Positions 12,640-24,400 of a stretch of DNA of 64,000 nucleotides are shown piece after piece. The position numbers were made by a program, and so were the translations under genes. This DNA is from Vicugna vicugna (Eukaryota), in NCBI GenBank assembly GCA_013265495.1, contig MU058824.1, positions 3,561,111 to 3,625,110 of the forward strand. The letters are read 5' to 3'. The notes under the pieces are model-generated. The model did no database searches, had not been told where the DNA came from, and saw only the letters and a program-made list of their open reading frames with translations. Position 1 is the stretch's first letter, and every line of letters begins with the position of its first letter.

Positions 12640-14690
12640 TGAAGTAAGTGTTATAATTTATACAAAATCCACTATTTATTTACAATTCAAAAAATTTTAA
12701 AAACCAAATATAAAGTCCTATAATATCTATAATTAAGATGCAGAATATTTTCATATTTACAAAAAGGTCCCTCATGCCTCTTCACAACAACATTTACACC
12801 CTGACAACCACTGATCTGACTTCTGTCACTAGGTTTGCTCTTTATAGAATGTCATCGGAAGGGATTCATACAGTATATAGTCCCTTGTATCTGACTTCTA
12901 TGACTTAGCTTTATAGCTTTAGATCCTCTCCTATGTTGTGAAATGTATCGCAACTTGTCCTCGAATGGATATACCTTACCAATCACCAGGTGATGGATAT
13001 TCAGGTTATCTCAAGTTTTTGTCTACTATGAATACAGCTGCTAGGAATATTTAAATACAAGTGATTCTGTGGACATGTTTTCATTTCTCTTGGGTAACTA
13101 ATGGGAGTAGAACTGCTAAGTCAGATGGTATGGTGTATATTTAATTTGACAAGACTCTTCCAAACCAAATTATTCCAAACAAGGCTGTACAATTTTTGTT
13201 TTCTGACCATCAATGTAAGTGAGCTATTCTTACTTCACATATTTCAAATATTTGGAATTGTCAATCTTTTCATTACAGCTTACTCTAGTGGATGGTAGTA
13301 ATATCCACTGCGGTTTTAAGTTTCATCTTCCTAATGATGAATGATTTTGATTTTCTAATGAGCATATTTACCATTTGTACCATCTTCACTAGTAAATATC
13401 TATAAATCTTTTGACTATTTTGACATTTTAAAAAATCCAAGTTCTATATGTTTGCTGCTAATATATAGAAATACAATTATTTCCTACAACTCTGCTAAGC
13501 TTACTAGTTCCAGTAGTTATTTTACAGATCTCTTAAGATATTCTAAGTAAAATTTCAAGCCAGCTGCAATTAAAGACAATTTATATCTTTCTTTACAATC
13601 TGATATGCCTTTGGTCTAATTTTCTTGCCTTATGGTACAACTTCCAATACAGTGTTGAACAGAACTGCAGAGAAGGGACAGTCTTGCCTTGTTCTCAGTT
13701 GTACAGTAAATGCTTTCAGTCTTTAGTTTCAGGTTTTTAAAGAAGCTCCTTGTAGGGTTGAGAAACCTCCCCTTTTATCCCTAGTTTGCCAAGTTTTGTT
13801 TTGTTTTTAATTTGTCATGGATGGGTATTAAATTTTGTAAAATGCTTATCTGCATTTACTGAGATGATCATATGGTTTTTCTCTGTTAGTCTGTTAATAT
13901 ACTGAATAACATTAATTAATTTTCATGTGTTAAACCAACCTTATGCTTTGGGAATAAATCTCACTTGGTCATGACTTACTAAGCTTTTTATATATTACAG
14001 GATTCATTTTATAATATTTTGTTAAGGATTTTTGTGTCTGTGTTCACGAAAGATAATTTGTTTTATCTAGTTTTTGTGTCATTGGTAATGCAAGCCTTAT
14101 AAAATAAGTTGAATATCGTCTATATTCTGGAAGATCTTGTATAGAATTGGTATTATTTCTTCTTTGCACTTTGGTATAATCTACGACCTGACAGCCATCT
14201 GAACCTGGAGGTTTCTCTGTGGGAAGGTTTTTAACTTGGTAGCTGAAAATTCAGATTTTGTAACAGGGCTACTCAGGTTATCTATTTCTTCTTAACTAAA
14301 CTTTGACTATGTCTTTCAAGAAATTTGCCCTTTTCATCTAAGTTACTGAATTTATTGATTTAAAATTCTTTATAATATCCCCTTAGCCTTTTAATATCTA
14401 TAGGATCTGTGTGATACCCCTTCCTTCCTTAGTAATAACAGTACTGTATGTCTTCTCTTGTTTTTTTCCTGATCAGTCTGTCTAGACTCAATTTTATTGA
14501 CACTTTGCAAAGCATTAATTTTTTATTTCACTAATTTTCTTTATGGCTTGCTCTTTCTTATTTCCTTCAGCTTGTTTACTCTGGGTTTAATTTAGTTTTC
14601 TTTTTCTTGTTTCTTAAGGTAGAAGTTTAGATCATTGATTTGTGATCTTTCCACAATTAGTATATAATAATGTTACAAATTTCCCTCTTA
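12640..14690 (-). mobile_element. L1M 3' end and ORF2 fragments, antisense
   Basis: acaaccactgatctgacttctgtcact, ggacatgttttcatttctcttgggtaa, ttccaatacagtgttgaacag...gtcttgccttgttc, gagatgatcatatggttttt are reverse-strand L1 signatures. Confidence 0.85.
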
Positions 14691-14699
14691 GATTACAAA

Positions 14700-16310
14700 T
14701 ATGATGTCAGCAAATGGTGCAAATGGTGGAGTAGGGAACTCCAAAAGTTCATCCCTCCACAAAAGCAACAAAGATGCTCACAGAAGTGTCAGAATCAACT
14801 TTCTCAAAACTATGGAATCAAATCAAAAGCTTACAACGACCAGGGGAATGCTTAATGAGAAGAAACAGCTGAATTTCAGTGAGAGAGAGCTTTGTGTCAT
14901 TTTAACTTGGAGCGATATCATTCTGCAGTTCAGTGGCAGCCTTGCAAGACAACAGCCCATATTCTTAATATAGTGGGTTACAACTGACAGAGGGAGCAAT
15001 ATGAATCTTTTCTCAAAGAATTGTAGTTTTTTGTTCTGATCTGTCTGATGGCTTGCCTTCATATCACTTAACTCATAACCCTTTCTCATGTCTGAAGTGG
15101 TGATGAGAGAGTGTGTGTGTGTGTGTGTGTTTGGGGTGGGGGGTGATGTCTGCTGAAAATATTTAAAGGCAAATGTATTAGCTGCTGCCATGTTGGACAA
15201 GGGAAAAAAATTCGGACAAAAACTAGGAAAGAGAGCCTAGGGAAGGAGATGTTTTGGGCAATAGGGGCTTGGAAAATTCTGGCATATTCCAGGGAAACCA
15301 GAAGGCCACACACATGCCCAGAGTTAGGAATATGCCCCAAAAGATATAAGAAGGCCCCAAGTTCTAACACCTGACATTCATGCTCCATGCAAGTAGGAAG
15401 TGAAGGCTAAAGAAGACTATATAACTGCCTGGCTGAACATTAAAGGTATGCCTAGCACACACATACAGCCCATCTGCAAAGACTGGGAAAGCTGAGAGTT
15501 TTTGGTGGTGGTGGTAGAGGCAGGTTTTCAGGTATTCAAGATTAACTGTCAAATCACTAGTTGATAATTATGTCAACAGAACAGAAACTTTAGTGGCCAC
15601 ACATGACAAAGAATACTGACTTTAGAAAATTAGTTCAGGAAAATCACCAAACAAAAAAGCAACCACAACAAGCAGCAAAAACAAACTCTGATGAGAAGGA
15701 AGAATCAGATTTCTAGAATTTCCACATTATCATATTCAAAATACTCAGTTTCCAACAAAAAATTTTGAAGCATGCAATGAAACAAGAATGTATGGTCTAA
15801 ATGCAGGGAAAAAAGTTAAAAAGAACTAGACCATTTAGCAATAATAACTGGAGATCTTTCAATAACCCACTTTCAATGAAGGACAGAATAACTAGATATA
15901 AGATCAACAAGGATAACACTATAAACCAATTAGAGCTAGGAGACATATATATATAGGACATTCTATCAAATGATAGCACAACACACAAATCTCAATTGCA
16001 CATGGAACATTCCCCAGGATAGACCCATGGATTACATGTCAGGTCACAAAACATGTTTTAATAAATAATAAAAGACTGAGTCATACAAAGTATCTTCTAT
16101 GACAATGGAAAAAACTAGAAATCAATGACAAGGAAATCAGGAAAAAGCAAAAAATTAGTGAAAATTAAATAGCATACTCTTAAACAATCAGTGGACCAAA
16201 GAAGAAATCACTAAGAAAGTTTAGAAAATACTTACAGAATGAAAACAAAAACGTAACATACAAAAATGTATGAGATGCAGTGAAACCAGTGCTGAGAGGG
16301 AAATTTATAG
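14700..16310 (+). mobile_element. L1M 5' region joined to decayed ORF2 endonuclease segment
   Basis: 5'-type sequence (ccaaaagttcatccctccacaaaagcaac...aactttctcaaaactatggaatc) then EN-domain remnants (ctggagatctttcaataacccactttc, gcacatggaacattccccaggatagacc, aaactagaaatcaatgac). Confidence 0.8.
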
Positions 16311-16319
16311 TCATAAAGA

Positions 16320-16762
16320 GGCTTTGCATGGCCCTCTAGCTGGTCCTTCTCTAGCCTCAGGTAATTTCCTCCTCAAATATGCACAGATCAGTACTCAGCC
16401 AAAAACTCACCCTTCTACAAATCTTCAGAGTTTTCTCTTGGTGCAGCTTCGTTTTCTCCAGTATTTTTATCCACAAATTCTAGACACCTTAGCCTCTCAT
16501 GTTCCAAGCTCTCTTTAATGTGATGTGACCTCCAAGATCTGAATGGGCTCCTTCTTCCTATACCATGGTCTGGAAACTCTCTCCAGGCAACAACCTGGGG
16601 CATTTTAGAATTCACCTCATTTGTTTCCCTTCTCTCTTAAGATCAGTATCCTACACTGCTTATTGCCCAGTGTCTCACATTTACAGACTGGTTTTCTGGC
16701 TGTTTAAGACAGGAGTGCAAATTCAGTCCCTGGTATTCTATCATGGCTAGAAGTGCAAGTCC
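16320..16762 (-). mobile_element. Old L1 5' end, antisense
   Basis: Reverse complement resembles the plus-strand L1 5' segment at 34640-35050. Confidence 0.65.
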
Positions 16763-17199
16763 ACATTATTTCTCATTATTCTCAAACAAAACAAAACACC
16801 TAGAACCTAAGTTTTATATGTTCGTAGTATGAAGACAAGCTACAACAATTGAGTAAATCATTGTAATCCTATCATCCAAAGATAACCATTCTAGTTTTTA
16901 ATAATATGAACTTTCAAGGTTTTTTTTTTCTCACACATAAATGTTTTTAGGAAATGAAAAAAATGGGTGCATGCTGTTTTACTACTTGTAGGATTTTCAC
17001 TTAATATGGCATAACAATTTTCTATTAAATATTTGTTCAATTGATCACTGCAAGACTATAAAATACACCATGGTAAAGAATCCTTTTTCATTGAATATCT
17101 AGGTTGTTTCCAACTCTATAGTGAAATCCTTACATTCACTCATTATTATTTCCTTTGAACAAATCTTAAGTCAAATGACATGTCCTTTGTTTTAACTCG

Positions 17200-18520
17200 T
17201 TCTTTTTTTTCCACTTCAGTGAAATATATGCAACATAAAATTTGCCATTTTAATCATCTTTAAGGTAAAACTCAATAAGATTAATTACATTAATTATAAG
17301 TTGTGCAACCAATATTATAATCCATTTCCAAAATCCTTTCAATATTCAAAACAGAAATTCTGTACTAAACTCATTAAACAAAAATTCCCCATTTCCTCCT
17401 CCCTTCCAACCCCTAGTAGTTTGTAATAAACTTACTTTCTCACTTCTAGAGATTTCATGTAAGTGGGATCACACAACATTTGCCATTTTGTGTCTGGCTT
17501 ATTTCACTTAACATAATGTTTCATCCATATTGCAGAATGTATCAGAATTCCATTCCTTTTTATGGTCAAATAATATTCCATTTTATGTATATACCACAGT
17601 TTGTTTTTCTATCCATCTGTAGGCAGACATGAGTTATTTCTACTATTCTAATATGAATGATGCTGCTATAAACATTTGTGTACCAACACCTGTTACATTT
17701 AAGACTTTTGGTAACTACTGCTCAACTGTCTTTCATCAAGATTCACTAAAACCCATATTAGCCATATATATGAATGCCCATTTTATCACAATCTGTCAAC
17801 TTAATATATAAAATGGTATGTAATTTTTTATTGATAGTGACAGCAAACATTTTCATGTTTCTTCTTTTAGTTCATAAGCTTGGCTCACTTTTCTACTAGA
17901 GTGTTTCATTCCTTACTGGTTTCTAAGAGTACTAGATAGATAGATAGATAGATAGGGATCAGTAGCCCTTTTATGAATCATAATTTTTTTGCTCTCAATT
18001 TTGCTTGTGATGTTTGTTCATATACAAAAGTTATTCACACTTACACAGTTAAATTCCACCAGTTCCCTTAGTAACTATGGTCTGTAACTTCTTATGGCAT
18101 ATTTACAAAGTCCTTCCTGCAATACATGATCATTCACTTACATTTTCTTTAAGTACTTTATAGTTTCACTTATTATTAATAGTGTATTTTAAATTATCTA
18201 TAATTTACTTTTGAGTATAGTATGGAGTAGAAATATAACTCCCCCCGCCAGTACCACTTATTGACTAATCCATCCTTTCCCCAAATTAAAAATGTCACCT
18301 TTACAGTGTACTAGGCTCTTATTAATACTTGGATATATATGCATGGATATATCCTTTATACTGGTCTGTTTAAATATTCCTGGGCCTGTATAAATATTAT
18401 TTTAACTGCTAAAGGTTTATAATAAAGTTTAATACCTGCTAGGATATGTCACCACTCTTATTCTTTTCAAAAAATTTTATAGCAATCTCCCATTTATTTT
18501 TCCAGACAAACATTAAAATC
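17200..18520 (-). mobile_element. L1MB-like 3' end plus older L1 ORF2 remnants, antisense
   Basis: tttgtgtctggcttatttcacttaacataatg...ccattcctttttatggtcaaataatattccatt; contains (gata)n at about 17934-17954. Confidence 0.8.
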
Positions 18521-18829
18521 ATTGTTTCAAAACAATCAAATTCCAAATCAAATTCCAAAACAATCCTCTAACTGTATTCTGAGGTTCTGCTAGTTTGCTT
18601 TGATACTGAATATTATACATATTTTGAAGGGAGATATTCACATCTAACTCACTTTTGAATTCTTCACAGAACTCAGAACAACACTTTACACAGAGAAAAC
18701 TAAACACATTTAATGAATAAATGAATGACTTACTATTGTCTTCATATTTATACATTATACTAGTTTCTAAACTTTTAGTTTAAAATAAACTAAAAAAAAT
18801 TTTTTTTTAAACCCACTAAGATCATTTTT

Positions 18830-20120
18830 AGGAGTCATGTTTCACTCTCCTCCCATTCATTTCCTATATTCAATTAATCAACAAATTCCATCATTTTTTT
18901 CTTTGACTTTCTCTTGCATTTATTCTCTCTCTTCTACTTCCACTCACCTTAATTTAGTTGCTATCATGCTCTCTAGTCACAGAAACTACATTTTCATATT
19001 TTAGGAACTGTGCACTTGCCAATCAATGACTCACTTCAAAATCAGTTTCCATGTCCTCTGTAGAATCCAGTATTGACTACCCTTGCCTTAAAATGGTTCC
19101 ACACTTTGTCTCTATATATTATTTTTGTCTGTTTACATATTCTTTGTTATTTCTCTTCTTGTATCCTAAATGATTTTCCGTAGCCATTCTTTATTCACAT
19201 ATTTAATCTTGGTGATCTCATTCATCATCGTAACTGCCACACTGGAGGAATTTCCTCTGAAAAATCTCATCCCTATTCTCTCCTTTTCTATTCTCACTAC
19301 CACCATCCCTGCTCAGGTCCTTGAATCTCTAGTACTATAATCATTTTCTTACCTCAAGTTTTCCCCACTCTATCCTGCACACCAGTGGATTAACTATATT
19401 GTTGATATTTCACTAGGCCTACTCCAAAACTTTTAACAGCTTCATAAAGCTTAGAACAGCATTTTTCTATCTGCATTCCTGAGAGCAATAAGGGTTCCAC
19501 AGAGTTGGTGGCTACTTTAGTGGGACTTGGGAAGTAAAGCTCCATGTTTTTCAACCTCTGAATCAATCAAGGCAACTCTGCTTTAGTCTCTTTTACACAT
19601 TGAGGTTATTAGCAACATTCTGCTTAAAGAGGTGTTTTTAATACTTACGTAGGGAGAAAAGCTTGACAAAGTTTCACAGAAAAAACCTTCCAGCTTGCTT
19701 AGCTTGCATTCACAGTCGTCACAAAATCATGCCCCAGAGTTTATTTTTCCATCATTATCACTCCATCTTACACTCAATTTTCAACTTAACTGAGACTCCT
19801 CTCTTCACTGTTCTTCATATAAAACTTAATGTTTTACCTCCACATCTTTGTTCACTTCCTTTTCCTTGCCAATAACACATTTCCCTCTACCTATACAAAC
19901 TCTACCCAAGTATTCCTTACTCTTCAAGGCCCAGCATAAATGTTAGCCCGATAGAAAACTTAAGACTGTAACTTCTCCCTCCTTCAAATTTCCATAGCAC
20001 TATCAATAATTCACATGGGACACTAACATGTGATACTCTTCATTTTATGACTATGTATCTTAATAGTCTATCCAGAATATATCCAGTGCCTTGAAAATAT
20101 GTGATATTATAAATCCTACA
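18830..20120 (+). mobile_element. L2 fragments
   Basis: Pyrimidine-rich L2-type motifs (ctactttccactcacc, ccttactcttcaaggcccagcataaatg); approximate. Confidence 0.55.
19457..19680. mobile_element. MER103C-like hAT-Charlie element
   Basis: agggttccacagag...aaggcaactctgctttagtctcttttacacattgagg resembles the MER103C core. Confidence 0.5.
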
Positions 20121-20907
20121 TAGCTTCTAGAGCATTTGGTATACTACTGATCAATGGCTGCCTAAGTGGTCTCACTGATCACCTGTACATGTAATGATTT
20201 CCTCACTTTCTTACTCAGGACCATAACAAGTGTGTACCATATCAAACTCTGTCAACTAGTAATTTATCTTTTCCTTCCTTATTAACACAGCCTCATTTCC
20301 ACTGCTAGCAATGAGCCCAACGACTTTTACTACCCATAGGTTCACAACCTTCTCTATTCCTTCCTCACCCAAAGAATGTCCTTGACTTCTCTGATAACTA
20401 TTCAAATTCTGCCTAGCCTTCACAGACCAATGCAAGTCATACTTTGTCAGAAAACAAAACAAAATAAAACAAACACAAAGCAAAACAAAAACCTTAATAG
20501 ACAATTCCTGTCACGCAGACTTTCTCCAAATTCCTACTAAACTTCTGACTCACACAATCCGAAATTTTACTGAATTATGTCATAAATGTCCTACAGTCAT
20601 TTCAGGTGTACTAATACTGCCTAACCAATTACCTCGGATACCTTCTCACAACAGTATTTCCTTTTATATTCTTTAGGAGAAATAATAAGCACAAAATAAC
20701 TAACTGATCTTCAAAGAGTACTAAGGAATACAGAGGCTAAATGGTTAGGTACGGTTTCACAAAGATTAGTCCTTAATAATAATGCTTTGAAACAAGAGAA
20801 ATTCGCCAAGGAGAAGTGTATAGTCTGGGAAGAAGAACTGCATGCAGCAGAAGTTAAGCCATTTTTAGGAACTAATTTACAGGTGTAAGATTGATGAGTA
20901 TGTAATC

Positions 20908-21122
20908 CTGGTGTGAGCAAACATTTTTGGTAAAATGCCAGATAAATACTTTGCATGCCATACATCAACTATGTCTGTATCATAACTACTCAACTATGCC
21001 ACAAAGGCAGCCATACACAATATGTAAACAAACAAGTATAGGTTTGTTTCAATAAAACTTTCTTTACAAAAAAAAGCTGTTCAGCCAGATTTGGACAGTG
21101 GGCCACAGTTTGCCAATCTCTG
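20908..21122. mobile_element. MER58A-like hAT-Charlie MITE
   Basis: gcaaacatttttggtaaa...aactactcaact...gcagccatacacaatatgtaaac...caataaaacttt...gggccacagtttgccaatctctg. Confidence 0.85.
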
Positions 21123-21329
21123 ACCCAGGCTAGTAGTGATTTCAAAATTTTCTTTTCTGTTTGGTTTTTAAGAAATAACTTTTCCTCAATCTAGAAAACA
21201 AAAGAGCTCTGGTTAAGAAGAAATGGGAAAAGGGGGATGTACGGTACAGAGAGGCCCTCTAGACCTTCCCCTCTCTAACATTCACCCTTACTCCCTCTAA
21301 AGGTCTGCACAATGTAATTCAATTGTGCT

Positions 21330-21470
21330 AAAATCCCTCATTTATATAGGTAAGAAAACAGACATAGGAAGGGGGAAAGAATTTACGTACAATCACAAAG
21401 AAAATTAGAGCTAGTGCTAAAATTAAAGCTTAGATCTCAACTCCGGATTGTATGCCCTAACCATTAAATC
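21330..21470 (-). mobile_element. MIR fragment
   Basis: cctcatttatataggtaagaaaacagac...tcacaaagaaaattagagctag resembles the reverse MIR core. Confidence 0.55.
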
Positions 21471-24400
21471 ATGGTAGTTCACTTGGGGAGTCAGGAATAT
21501 AGTGGGAAGTTACAGCACTTTAAAATTAAAGCTTTGTGATGAATGACAGGGCCTTATTATTCTAGTTGGATTTGAGGGTTAAAATCAGTTTTGTTTCTTT
21601 TTTGCCCTGTCATGAATCTTTATGCTTAGATCCATCTGTTACCTATCACAAAAAGATTCAAACAAAATTCCAGAATTCTGAAGGAAGTATAACAGTAACT
21701 AGCTTGTGATCCTTGCTATGAAACCATGATTAGCAATTCAATGACTCTAAGTTTGTCCCTTTTCCATATGGTTTTTACAGGTCACTGCTAAATTGTATAA
21801 TCATATCATAATTTGTTCATAAAAACTTCGAAGTGGTCTAAAAGATCAATGATTTGTTGTAAAAAAGAATTTTAAAAGTACACATTGAAGAAATAACTGT
21901 TGAGAGCCCATAAGCAGAGATTTTCCAAATAGAATATTCATTCAAGATTATCATCATCATAAGTGAAAACTTACATATTAAAAAAAGACATTTTCATATT
22001 CACAGTAGAATTATTATGACTCTAAAATATAACCCTGAAAATTCCTTGCACTTCTTTGCCTAAACTGCAGGTCTTTAGAATGAATTCCATCTTTACTAAA
22101 GAAGGCTACATAGGAGTCAGTGTTGGAAATTTTTTAAAAATAGCAAAAATTGAGAAAAATGGGTAGGAGCATAGATACAATATTATTAATGCTCTAAATA
22201 TTTCAGTGAATACTATTCTAACAGTAATTATAAGATAACTTTTTGATTTAAGGATAAGAACTATATACAGAACATGCACTACATACATTCTAAGAAGTAT
22301 CCATTTTAATGAATTTTGTAAAAAAAAAGTTTTATAAACCGCCAAAATACTGTAGTTCCTGTCTTTTTATTACTGTGATGTACAGTTATGTGCCTCACAT
22401 ATAACAATGTAAGTTACATGCTTAAAGGCTGCCTAAAGTCCTAAAAGTTTTTATGATTTTTTAATTGAGATAAAGTATATTAAAATAACCCAAATAATCA
22501 CCATGAAATAACACATAGGCTTATAGCACACATTGTTTGCCACACTGAAAATAGTTTTGGAGAATACAAATGAATTACTGATATTTCTTATATGCAAGAA
22601 ACACCCTTATTTCTTTCCCCATTCACAAGTACTGTTTTGAAGAACCAGAAATAAGATTATTATATAAGAAAATTATTTCAATATTAAAAAAGTATCATCT
22701 ATTTTTGTTTCCACAGTAGGATTATCTCTGTCTATAAAAAATAACTTTCAGAATTCTTACCAGTTTGTCTCCCTAAGTCACTGTAAGATGGATATTCCTA
22801 CAGTGAATAAAGAATAAAGGAAGTCTAGAAGGACATTATTGGGAATTTAAAAGTCATAATTAAGTAGTAATATTAAGGACAGTAAGATAGAGGATTTGAC
22901 ACAAGGTACATTTTTTGTACTTTCTTTCTCTCAGTTTTAGTCAATATGACTGATTTCAGATTCAGTAATTTTAAATTATTTTGTTAGAAATTATCCCTAA
23001 CCTGCAGAGTCAAAACTACTTAAATAAGAACACTTAAAAATAAAAGGAGGCTTTCATAACACTTAACATAAAATCAAATGTATACTGCAATTATAATTAC
23101 AAAGAATTCCTTTCTCAACTTTTCTACGAAATGTCTTAACAGAAAATTTCATGTCAAAGTAATGCTGTAGGCAATCAGTACACTATTGTGTCTATGAGAT
23201 AAAACATGTTTTCCAACTATTTAGAGCAAATAAAATTGGAAAGAAGTAAAAATAATATCTCATAATAATATACTGAAATTTCTCTCAGGTGACAGAAACA
23301 CCCTTATTTCCCTTTCATGGACACAAACATTTTTCTGTGGCTCAGAAATATGACCAATATACAGGCAAATTATATATTATCTAAGAGACAAGAATGCAAA
23401 TTACAGAAAATGCTATTTGCCTTTGTCAGTAAAAAACATTAATAATAATAATTAATAATAATAGTAACAGTTGTATTACCTAGAATAAAAGACAGGAGTT
23501 TAGGATGTTAGGAACACTCTAAAGCCTCTATGATCAAATAATATTCTCTGAATCACTACTTTGTGACTTGTATGGGAGTGTAGAAAAAGGATTATTGCTA
23601 ATCCTTTAACTGTGAATAATGATTTATTGAACAATTCCTACATAAATTCCAACTGTGACCACAAAATCACAGCCTCACAGGCTAAGATACTTGCTCTCAT
23701 TTAGATAACAAAATTAAAATGCTTGCAAATATACATATGTGTATATATACACACGAACAATTAAATCAGATTATACTGAGTTACATATATGTAAAGGCTT
23801 TGGGCATTTACAGGTTTCATTTTTATTTTAATCTTAAACAAGTCCAAGTGTGGTCCTTCTACTTAGGTGTCAATTAAGAGTGGTAACAAATTTCAAAATA
23901 CTTTGTCAAATAGTTGCATTTCACTCAGAGAAATAAAAAAAAGCAAGATATTACAATGAGGTTAAGTGCATCTTTTGTCAGTAATGTATGTTGCTCCCTC
24001 TGGCCTCATAAACAAACTGCTCCTTTCTGAATACAGCAGACCTTCAATTTAAATTTATGGGAAGACTAAAGCAGGAGAGCCTGCACTCAAACAATTTTAA
24101 TAACCTATTAAGTTGCGACTTCAGATTCATTTTATAACCATGCTCCTCAGGGAGCTATGCTATCTGGATAAAGATAAAATTTTTTTCCTTTAAAGATAAA
24201 TAGCATCATTAATCTGCAACATTTCTTTTCTATTATCTTTCGAAATGAGGAGTTATTTTGTTCTGATCTTGAGGTAATTAGCCTTCATTCACTAGCCTGA
24301 AAATGTCTGTGTTCTGAAAATTAAAAATGTGTCATTAAGTGGAATTTACCATAATGTCATTTATCTTTATATAGTTCATCAGTGACAGCAATGGGCCTGG

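Noticed and set aside
14670..15552. Cluster of overlapping 61-125 aa ORFs
   Set aside because: Within an L1 5' region and a (TG)n microsatellite (THTHTH runs); chance open frames
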